A stretch of DNA of 41,380 bases from IMG/VR virus record IMGVR_UViG_3300040801_004188; one strand, 5' to 3'. Numbering within the stretch: position 1 is the first letter of the stretch; each line of letters starts with the position of its first letter. Under the pieces are notes generated by a model. The model did no database searches. It worked only from the letters and a program-made list of their open reading frames with translations, and had not been told where the DNA came from. This document shows positions 34,753-41,380 of the stretch, in pieces. Position numbers and translations under genes: made by a program. The stretch comes from a virus.

Positions 34753-35175
34753 ACTAAATCTTGAGATGCTCCAGGGCGGGAACCAGTCCCGCCCATTTTT
34801 TTGCCATCCCCAGTACTCCAACCACAGCGCAGCCTTTTCGTACTTTTCGCAAAACAATTTTGTGTGCAACTTGTGAATCTCGTCATGATGAACGTGGCAA
34901 AGAGGCATTAAGTTTGCGTGGATGTCGGGTCCACCGGCTCCTTTACTGACTATATGGTGGCCAATTGTGGTCTTGGTCATTCCACAAATTAGGCATTCTC
35001 TGCCTTGGTACAGGTCAAGAAGCTCACGATCTACAACGCGCTTGACCTTCCAACACGATTGCCCATGCTTCTTCGACAGACGCAGCGAACCCGCCCCAGC
35101 CTCCATGGGTTTTGATGTTGTCGATAAAGAGTTGTTGGTTCCTGAATCTTTTTTCTTTTTTATTTTTCCCGCCAT
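34744..35175 (-). CDS. HNH endonuclease
   Basis: CLICGM...GHHIVSKGAGGPD...NLMPLCHVHHDEIH (C-x2-C plus HNH). The start is ambiguous (35175 or Met at 35106). Either choice overlaps the upstream gene. Confidence 0.75.
   Translation of the reverse strand: MAGKIKKKKDSGTNNSLSTTSKPMEAGAGSLRLSKKHGQSCWKVKRVVDRELLDLYQGRECLICGMTKTTIGHHIVSKGAGGPDIHANLMPLCHVHHDEIHKLHTKLFCEKYEKAALWLEYWGWQKNGRDWFPPWSISRFSSN
34774..34802 (+). terminator. Rho-independent terminator of the rightward early operon
   Basis: GGGCGGGA-accag-TCCCGCCC (8-bp GC-rich stem), then A and 7 T. It lies inside the 3' coding end of the antisense HNH gene. Confidence 0.8.
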
Positions 35176-35458
35176 ATCCCATTATCTCCGCGTGCTTTTT
35201 GGCCCACCATTTCAGTTCATTTGGGGTCTTAATCTCGATGGCATAAAAAATGGTGTTATAGACACCCAGCACGTCGCTGATTCCATTGATGATGAACTTG
35301 TGGCTGGCTTGTTTGGCGACCTTGGTCCTTGAATCAAAAGTGATCGGGTATTCGGCTTTCCAAAAGAAGCCCTGTTTCAAATTGAGGTAGGTGAGAACCT
35401 GAATCTCGATGTCCCGTTCGGAGGACTTTTTGTTTCCATAAACCCTTGAATAATCCAT
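35024..35458 (-). CDS. VRR-NUC / PD-(D/E)XK nuclease
   Basis: ERDIEIQVLTYL...GISDVLGVYNTIFYAIEIKT is the VRR-NUC D...E-x-K pattern. ATG at 35458 is preferred over the TTG at 35494. Confidence 0.7.
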   Translation of the reverse strand: MDYSRVYGNKKSSERDIEIQVLTYLNLKQGFFWKAEYPITFDSRTKVAKQASHKFIINGISDVLGVYNTIFYAIEIKTPNELKWWAKKHAEIMGYGGKNKKEKRFRNQQLFIDNIKTHGGWGGFAASVEEAWAIVLEGQARCRS

Positions 35459-35513
35459 GCCTTTAGAAGTAGCATAACCCGAACGATGTACCAAATCTAA
35501 AAGCGGAGGGACG

Positions 35514-36173
35514 ATGAGCAGTAAAAAAGACTTGTCAATGGACGAGATTAAACCAGCAGACTACAACCCGAGAATAATTAGCGACCCTGAAAGTAACGCC
35601 CTGGATTATTCAATGAAGGAGTTTGGTGATATTTCAGGCATTACTTGGAACCGTCAAACGGGAAATCTTGTGACTGGACACCAGCGGTACAACCGTCTTG
35701 TGGAAAAGTACGGTAAATTGACTTTTGGTCGCCTTATAAATGGGCGACGAGACATCATTAGCGAAGGAAACGTGCCGACTGGTTACGACCTTCGAGAAGT
35801 TGATTGGCCTGAAGACAAGGAATTGGCCGCAAACTTGGCCGCCAATTCTCACACCAATCAAGGTAAATGGGACCTGGAGGCGATGCCTGAACTTTTGGCA
35901 AAACTGGAAGACGACTTTGCCACTAACCTTCGGCTGGATATGTTGGCTGCGGATTTGGACATTGACCTTATGGCGGCAGGTTCAGGTGAAGAGTCCGATA
36001 GCGGGGGAAGTTGGGAGCCTGACGAGAAAACTGCCAATGTTCCAGAGGGCGACCGCAGGCCACCTGTAAAGTTCATGATTAAGTGTCGGTTTGAAGATCA
36101 GGAAGACCTGGTTCAAGCCATTAGAGATATGTTGGCCGAAGCTGATTTTGAAGAAGTTGAAATTTTATGCTGA
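35514..36173 (+). CDS. Stand-alone ParB-like N-terminal domain protein with an acidic C-terminus
   Basis: IKPADYNPRII...FGDISGITWNRQTGNLVTGHQRYNRL...LAANLAANSHTNQGKWD is the ParBc pattern usually fused to phage DNA methyltransferases. RBS GGAGGG. Confidence 0.8.
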   Translation: MSSKKDLSMDEIKPADYNPRIISDPESNALDYSMKEFGDISGITWNRQTGNLVTGHQRYNRLVEKYGKLTFGRLINGRRDIISEGNVPTGYDLREVDWPEDKELAANLAANSHTNQGKWDLEAMPELLAKLEDDFATNLRLDMLAADLDIDLMAAGSGEESDSGGSWEPDEKTANVPEGDRRPPVKFMIKCRFEDQEDLVQAIRDMLAEADFEEVEILC

Positions 36174-37057
36174 ACATTCTTGTCGCTTATCCGTACTTGG
36201 ATAGTAAGAGCATTACTTTAATCAACGGCCTGAAGGCCAGGGGTGAGTGTCGGTTTATCTTGGACTCTGGGGCCTTTTCTGCTTTCAATTCTGGTCACGA
36301 AATTGATCTTAAAGAATACACTCAATTTGTAAAAAACCGGGAGGTAGACTTTGACTTTGCTGTTCAGCTTGATGTTGTGGGCAATAAGAAAGAGACAATT
36401 GAAAACCTCAAGTACCAGTTGTCCTGTGGAGCCCAAGTTTCCCCCGTTTTCACACGAGGCATGGACTACGAGTACTTGGACGTGATCACCAATAAGCACC
36501 GCCTGACGTTCTGTGGGGGCCTTAAAATGGGTGTGGGAGCGGAAATGAGGAAGTATGGCTTCCCGTATATCAAGAAGCTCTCTACAGCGGGGCGTTTAAA
36601 CAGGTGTCACCTGCTTGGTATTGGGGCCGATGAGATCGCCAAAACCTTCAGGCCCTTCTCAATGGATACGAGCACCAGCACAACTACAGCCAGATATGGT
36701 GCGTTACCGTTATACAACGGGTTTGGCAAACAAAAGTGGTACACGAGAAAGACCTTGAGACTGGAGCGCAGGAAAGCCGCGCCTATGTTGGCTCGCCTCG
36801 GGTTTAAACCTGAAGTCCTGGAGCGCTTGATTCACTCGGATGCAGCATGGAGAGCCACGACTCCGAAATTTGACATCGACGAAGATCGCAGTTTGGCGCA
36901 GAATATTTGTCAAGTGTCGGTCCTTTTAAAAAACATGGATGTGGAAAAAAACATAGGAGTCAAGATGTTCACGGCCTGCACGGACATTCACTCATTAACC
37001 GAAACGATGGGAGCGTACAAATGGATCAAGGACCACAATTTGCTAGAAAAATTCTGA
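36167..37057 (+). CDS. dpdA: DpdA-like DNA-guanine transglycosylase (TGT superfamily)
   Basis: ILDSGAFSAF, CHLLGIG and FSMDTSTS motifs. It overlaps the ParB-like stop by 7 nt and lies next to queCDE/folE. Confidence 0.75.
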   Translation: MLNILVAYPYLDSKSITLINGLKARGECRFILDSGAFSAFNSGHEIDLKEYTQFVKNREVDFDFAVQLDVVGNKKETIENLKYQLSCGAQVSPVFTRGMDYEYLDVITNKHRLTFCGGLKMGVGAEMRKYGFPYIKKLSTAGRLNRCHLLGIGADEIAKTFRPFSMDTSTSTTTARYGALPLYNGFGKQKWYTRKTLRLERRKAAPMLARLGFKPEVLERLIHSDAAWRATTPKFDIDEDRSLAQNICQVSVLLKNMDVEKNIGVKMFTACTDIHSLTETMGAYKWIKDHNLLEKF

Positions 37058-37584
37058 TTCTTAATGGCGGCGGCGCGGAATCGGCTGTGATGCACAGTAA
37101 GTTGATGGGTGCCAAAATTTACAGCCTCTTTTTTGGGACAGGAAACAATTATCACGAAGTTGGGTACGCTAAAAACATTGCTCGAAAAACAGGCGCAGAA
37201 TTTGTGTTTCGAGAAAGCGGATTAAAGTGGGATTCATCAGAGCAGGTCCTTGGTCGAAACGCAGTGTTGACAAATTTAGCTATGACTGTCGGTAAGGAGT
37301 ATGGAGTGGTCGATCTATTTTTAGGTGTGGAGTTGAGTTCAAAGTTCATAGACAATCAGCCTCAATACAATTTGGCTTTAGGTCAGTTGCTGGCGCCATA
37401 CGGGTTCACGCTTCACACGCCGTTTCTTAATGAGTGGCGATTCGCGTTTCCCGATAAGCAGGCGATTTTTAAATATTTGAAACACAATGGCTGGACCACT
37501 GAAGAATTTTACAGTTGTTTCCAGCGCCAAAAGTGTTGGAAGTGCAGAAAATGTTTAGCAGAAAAGGAGGTTTACGGTGATTAG
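37021..37584 (+). CDS. queC: QueC-like 7-cyano-7-deazaguanine synthase (divergent PP-loop)
   Basis: KILILNGGGAESAVMH stands in for the usual SGGxDS motif. The C-terminal cluster SCFQRQKCWKCRKC is C-x6-C-x2-C-x2-C. The start is at the internal ATG 37021. Confidence 0.7.
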   Translation: MDQGPQFARKILILNGGGAESAVMHSKLMGAKIYSLFFGTGNNYHEVGYAKNIARKTGAEFVFRESGLKWDSSEQVLGRNAVLTNLAMTVGKEYGVVDLFLGVELSSKFIDNQPQYNLALGQLLAPYGFTLHTPFLNEWRFAFPDKQAIFKYLKHNGWTTEEFYSCFQRQKCWKCRKCLAEKEVYGD

Positions 37585-38023
37585 CACTAAAGAGTTTTCA
37601 GGTTTTAGCTGCTGTTTTAGGCAATGGCGAGCTACCCACTCTCATTGTCAGTTTCTCCACGGGTACGGAGTCAGTTTTAAAATCTGGTTTGAGGGCGAGA
37701 TGGACGACAGAAATTGGGTCGCTGATTTTGGCGGGTTTAAAGGTCTAAAGCAATACTTCGAGTGCATCTTTGACCACACTGTAGTGATCGCTGACGACGA
37801 TCCAAAGTTGATGGAGTTTGAGGCATTGGCTGAGTCTGGAGTCATCCAGCTAATTACTTTGCCCCATGTGGGTTGCGAGAGGTTTGCAGAGCACGTTTTT
37901 GTTCAAGCTGATGAATTTGTTAAAGAAGTTACTGGAGGCCGAGTTCGGGTTTTACAGGTTGAATTCCGCGAGAATAACAAAAACTCAGCCATTTGCAGGA
38001 GGGAAGATGTTACGGCTCAATGA
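37577..38023 (+). CDS. queD: QueD/PTPS-like 6-carboxytetrahydropterin synthase (divergent)
   Basis: GTG start after AAGGAGG. HCQFLHGYG corresponds to the QueD C-x3-HGH motif. Size and position fit. Confidence 0.65.
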   Translation: MISTKEFSGFSCCFRQWRATHSHCQFLHGYGVSFKIWFEGEMDDRNWVADFGGFKGLKQYFECIFDHTVVIADDDPKLMEFEALAESGVIQLITLPHVGCERFAEHVFVQADEFVKEVTGGRVRVLQVEFRENNKNSAICRREDVTAQ

Positions 38024-38624
38024 TATTTTCTGGACCGTTCAGGGAGAGGGGTTTCACACGGGGAGACGCGCTCTTTTTGTTCGGATGCCTTACTGTAACT
38101 ACGAGTGCCCTTGGTGTGATACCGAGTACAACTCGATTAATTTTAAACTCACGCCGGATGAGTTTAGAAAATTTGCGACACAAGAAAAAGCCAGATTAGC
38201 CGTTATTACAGGTGGCGAACCAGCAATCAATAAGCAGACTCCATTGGTGACTGCGATTTTGAAAGATTTAGGGTTTACCGTAGCCATAGAGACTAACGGC
38301 TCGGTTCCAGCTCCCCCGGGTGTGGATTTTATAACTGTCAGTCCCAAAGCCTACACCAAGGGGAAGTTGGAGCCTTTTTATGTTCACCCAGACCTTTTGC
38401 GAGACTCTCGTCCAAAGCAATACAAGTACGTTTACGAGATGGATTTTGATACCAAGTACCTGGACCGCCACCGCGGTGAGCTTGGGGACCTTCGGACTTG
38501 GTTTTATCTGGGACCAGAATATAACGTGTTCAGCCATTCAGTTGACCAGTGCCTTGAGTACATCAAAAACAACCCAGAGTGGCGCCTGAACCTGCAAACT
38601 CACAAATGGATAGGTGTAAAATGA
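38007..38624 (+). CDS. queE: QueE 7-carboxy-7-deazaguanine synthase (radical SAM)
   Basis: ATG 38007 follows AGGAGGG. Motifs are FWTVQGEG, CNYECPWCDT (C-x3-C-x2-C) and VITGGEP. Confidence 0.85.
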   Translation: MLRLNDIFWTVQGEGFHTGRRALFVRMPYCNYECPWCDTEYNSINFKLTPDEFRKFATQEKARLAVITGGEPAINKQTPLVTAILKDLGFTVAIETNGSVPAPPGVDFITVSPKAYTKGKLEPFYVHPDLLRDSRPKQYKYVYEMDFDTKYLDRHRGELGDLRTWFYLGPEYNVFSHSVDQCLEYIKNNPEWRLNLQTHKWIGVK

Positions 38625-39196
38625 GCGACGCAAAATCAAATGTAGAGAAGTACGTCAGGAGCGCCATGCTGAGTCTGGGTTTGGACGTTATGGCCGACCC
38701 GAGTCTCAAGGACACGCCTGCCAGAATCGCTAAAATGTGGGTAGAGGAAGTCTTCAGCGGACTCTTCGAGAAACCGCCTAAGATGACCATGTTTCCGGCC
38801 CCGTCCGCGCAAATGGTCATTGAGGCCGGGATCACCGTCCGGTCCACCTGTGAACACCACTTCCAGCCAATCTATGGGGTAGCCCACGTTGCCTATATTC
38901 CTGAAAAGAGAATTGTGGGCCTGTCAAAACTGAACAGGGTCGTGGATTACTTCGCTCGCCGTCCGCAGGTGCAGGAAAAGTTGACCAATGAAGTGGCAGA
39001 ATTCCTAAAAGAAAGCCTGCAAACTGAGCACGTCGCCGTTGTGATCGACGCCGAGCACTTCTGTGTAAAGATGAGAGGTATCAAGCACACCGACTGCATG
39101 ACCAGAACGTCTGTTTTGTCGGGCAAATTTTTACAGGCGGGTCTGGCTCGTCAAGAATTCTTCGACGCCATCCCGAAAATCAATGGGTCGAGGTAA
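38621..39196 (+). CDS. folE: GTP cyclohydrolase I
   Basis: ATGA coupling to queE. Motifs are STCEHHFQP and HFCVKMRG. Confidence 0.9.
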   Translation: MSDAKSNVEKYVRSAMLSLGLDVMADPSLKDTPARIAKMWVEEVFSGLFEKPPKMTMFPAPSAQMVIEAGITVRSTCEHHFQPIYGVAHVAYIPEKRIVGLSKLNRVVDYFARRPQVQEKLTNEVAEFLKESLQTEHVAVVIDAEHFCVKMRGIKHTDCMTRTSVLSGKFLQAGLARQEFFDAIPKINGSR

Positions 39197-39371
39197 TCGA
39201 ACTCCAGATTGGGTCCACCGGGTAGTTTATAAGTCGGTGGACCTTAAAAAATCCTGCAAGATGAAGAAGAAGTTCGGCAAGAAAACCGCACACGCCATCG
39301 CTGAAAAGTACGATCAGAGGGCCTATAAGTGCGGTTCGTGTGGGGCTTGGCATTGCACAAGCCGAAAGTAG
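39183..39371 (+). CDS. Small zinc-ribbon-like protein (start may be Met at 39261)
   Basis: C-terminal YKCGSCGAWHCTS motif. No clear RBS for either start. Confidence 0.4.
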   Translation: MGRGNRTPDWVHRVVYKSVDLKKSCKMKKKFGKKTAHAIAEKYDQRAYKCGSCGAWHCTSRK

Positions 39372-39791
39372 TTATTTGCCTAAAACATCATCAATTATAG
39401 TGAAGATGTAGGCATTTCGGACAATTCCAAGGTGGCTCTCGTCCCCGTAAAAGTGATTCTCAGCAAAATGCACAGGGTATCCATGCAGTCCGTGGGGTTG
39501 GTACAAGTTGTGGTGCCTCACTCCAGAGGGCCGGACGTATTCCTGGTGGCTGAACCATCGGGGATCCAAGGTAATGAGAAGCTTCGCCTGTTTGACGTTC
39601 TGAATGGCCGCGTGGGCTCCAAAAGAATGCCCGATCACAATGGCGCGGTCATCGTGGATTTCCCAGCGGTCGGTCCAATGTCGCCTCTCAACTTCAAGTC
39701 GCGGGTATTTCTTGTGGATGTCCCGGATGCAACCTCGATAGAGCCAGAAGAACAGGGCGCCCATAAAGCCTTCGTAGTAGATTAACCTCAT
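39372..39791 (-). CDS. Minimal alpha/beta-hydrolase-like serine hydrolase (139 aa)
   Basis: Nucleophile elbow VIGHSFGA, candidate Asp in LLITLDP and candidate His in DESHLG. Start taken at MRLIYYEG. Confidence 0.55.
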   Translation of the reverse strand: MRLIYYEGFMGALFFWLYRGCIRDIHKKYPRLEVERRHWTDRWEIHDDRAIVIGHSFGAHAAIQNVKQAKLLITLDPRWFSHQEYVRPSGVRHHNLYQPHGLHGYPVHFAENHFYGDESHLGIVRNAYIFTIIDDVLGK

Positions 39792-39939
39792 AAAATCTCC
39801 TTTTTGGGTAATTGTTGTGCAAGTCTCGCCCAAGACTCAACCCAATTTTGGTCTCCATTGGTCCAGCTTGGAAGAAATAGCGCAGAATTTGCCGGTAAAT
39901 GTTGCATAATTGAAATAAATCCATTTAAGGTGATTGTCC

Positions 39940-40518
39940 ATGAGCGATGAAAAGAGCAAGAAAAATTCCAAGAATCCAGCGCCAAAAGGCCGGCCAACGA
40001 AACTGACTCCAGAGGTAATACAAAAGCTGCGTCAGGCAATGCTGACGGGTGTAGACCTAGGGACTGCTGCTGCCTATGTGGGTATCAAAGTGGAGACATA
40101 CCGCAACTGGTTAAAGAGGGGGCGGAATAAAGGGGATGGATTGTATGGGGAGCTTATTCGGACAATTGAGCGGGCTCATGCTGAAGTTCAGATCAAGGAC
40201 TTGATGACGATTGATGCCTTTTCTGTGGGGGTGAAGGCTGAATACCTGATGAGGCCGGCCAAGGACAATCAAGGGAAGGTTCAGTACGACAGGCAGGGTA
40301 ATGTGATTTTGGAGCCAGTGGTGGATGAGAACGGCCGCTACATCAAAATCAAATCTGAAGCCAAGAGAGACTGGAGAGCGGCTGCTTTCCGCTTGGAGCG
40401 CAAGTATGCCCAGTGGCGCAATAAAGAAGAAACCATTCACAGCGGCCAGGTCGGCACGGTCAATCTGACGCTTCCCGACAATGGCAGATCAATAAATAGC
40501 AAGAGGAGGGAAAAATGA
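39940..40518 (+). CDS. terS: Terminase small subunit
   Basis: ATG 39940 follows AAGGTG. GRPTKLTPEVIQKLRQAMLTGVDLGTAAAYVGIKVETYRNWLKRG is an HTH-type terS N-terminus. It lies upstream of terL. Confidence 0.7.
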   Translation: MSDEKSKKNSKNPAPKGRPTKLTPEVIQKLRQAMLTGVDLGTAAAYVGIKVETYRNWLKRGRNKGDGLYGELIRTIERAHAEVQIKDLMTIDAFSVGVKAEYLMRPAKDNQGKVQYDRQGNVILEPVVDENGRYIKIKSEAKRDWRAAAFRLERKYAQWRNKEETIHSGQVGTVNLTLPDNGRSINSKRREK

Positions 40519-40799
40519 GAGGCATGGAAATCAAGACATCAGAAGCGCTGGAGAATTCAAGCCCGCCCAAGAGGGCCACAGCAATTCAGGTTGGTGGAGG
40601 GCATTACAAACAAATGGTCATTCAGCCAGTAGAGTTCTGCCAAAAGAATAGGCTGCCCTATTGTGAGGCAAACGCTATTAAGTACCTGTGTCGGCATCGG
40701 GATAAGAATGGGATTGAAGACCTCATGAAGGCCAAGCACTACATAGATCTGCTCATTGAGCTTGAGTACGGCGAGCCTGTTGAAAAAAGAAAAATATGA
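40515..40799 (+). CDS. DUF3310-like protein
   Basis: QVGGGHYK...QPVEFC...ANAIKYLCRHRDKNGIEDLMKAKHYIDLL matches the DUF3310 pattern. It is ATGA coupled on both sides. Confidence 0.7.
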   Translation: MRGMEIKTSEALENSSPPKRATAIQVGGGHYKQMVIQPVEFCQKNRLPYCEANAIKYLCRHRDKNGIEDLMKAKHYIDLLIELEYGEPVEKRKI

Positions 40800-41380
40800 G
40801 TGTTGTCGATGCCTACCTCGCGGCTTTTGACGAGGAAGAGAAAGCTCAAGAAGTGATTGAGTTGGGGCCCCAACAGGGTCCGCAAACTGCCTTTTTGGGC
40901 AGTGAGGCAGACATCGTCATCTATGGCGGGGCCGCGGGTGGTGGAAAGTCCTATGGACTGCTTCTCGAACCACTCCGCCACATTGACCATAACCCAAGGT
41001 TTGGTGGGGTCATCTTTCGCCGAAATAGTAAGCAGGTCCGAAACGAGGGCGGTCTGTGGGATGAGTCGGAGGAGTTGTACCGAGCCTTTGGTGGTCGGCC
41101 AAAAGAGATGAGCTTGAGCTGGAGCTTCCCGTCTGGGGCCACCATGCAGTTCGACCATTTAGAGTACGAGCGTACGGTTCTGAACTGGCAGGGCTCTCAG
41201 ATTCCCTACATAGGCTTCGACGAATTGACACACTTCACCGAAAAGCAATTCTTCTATATGCTCTCGCGGAACCGATCTTCCTCCGGGGTTCCAGGTTATG
41301 TTCGTGCGACGACCAACCCAGACTGTGACTCGTGGGTGAGGAAGTTGATCGACTGGTGGATTGGAGAGGATGGGTTTCCA
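40796..41380 (+). CDS. terL: Terminase large subunit, N-terminal ATPase part (open at window end; continues at base 118 after the overlap)
   Basis: The ATG overlaps the upstream TGA. Walker A is YGGAAGGGKSYG and Walker B is YIGFDELTHF. There is no stop before 41380. It is absent from the ORF track because it is open-ended. Confidence 0.9.
   Translation, partial: MSVVDAYLAAFDEEEKAQEVIELGPQQGPQTAFLGSEADIVIYGGAAGGGKSYGLLLEPLRHIDHNPRFGGVIFRRNSKQVRNEGGLWDESEELYRAFGGRPKEMSLSWSFPSGATMQFDHLEYERTVLNWQGSQIPYIGFDELTHFTEKQFFYMLSRNRSSSGVPGYVRATTNPDCDSWVRKLIDWWIGEDGFP
41264..41380. repeat. Second copy of the 117-bp end overlap
   Basis: Identical to 1..117. Confidence 0.95.

Noticed and set aside
39792-39933. 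cos or pac site upstream of terS
   Set aside because: This is a plausible location, but I saw only trivial 4-bp inverted repeats and no distinctive repeat structure. There is nothing to support a call.
41264-41380. 117-bp ends as genuine direct terminal repeats or a duplicated gene fragment
   Set aside because: The copies are identical and fall in frame in the middle of terL, which is best explained by a circular-assembly overlap. Physical ends cannot be determined without read data.

Overview
The window is one complete tailed dsDNA phage genome. Its first 117 bp are identical to its last 117 bp, so the unit length is about 41,263 bp and the large terminase gene is split across the window ends (40796..41380 joins 1..978).

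Layout:
- Packaging and head, + strand, about 39940 through the junction to 9459: terS, a DUF3310-like gene, terL, a portal with a fused C-terminal Nudix domain, small HTH and SEC-C genes, a MuF-like protein, scaffold/protease, decoration protein, major capsid and connectors.
- Contractile tail and baseplate, 9473..21974: sheath, tube, a chaperone with a candidate -1 frameshift, tape measure, hub, spike, gp25-like, J-like and DUF2612-like proteins, and two fibres.
- An antisense membrane-protein gene at 22062..22697.
- An unusual lysis region at 22857..26819: an acidic protein followed by a strong terminator, a 249-aa lipoprotein, a single-TM protein, a three-domain endolysin and a secreted subtilisin.
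- A leftward early operon at 26830..31801: RecT-like protein, exonuclease, two G39P-like paralogues and a replisome organiser.
- A repeat-rich divergent control region at 31802..32130.
- A rightward early operon at 32131..34802: XRE regulator, RHH protein, acidic coiled coil and DUF932.
- An antisense HNH plus VRR-NUC nuclease pair.
- A translationally coupled ParB-like, DpdA, QueC, QueD, QueE, FolE module predicted to put a 7-deazaguanine base into the phage DNA.

I saw no integrase, tRNA, CRISPR array, DNA polymerase or helicase. All functional calls come from reading motifs by eye. No database search was run.
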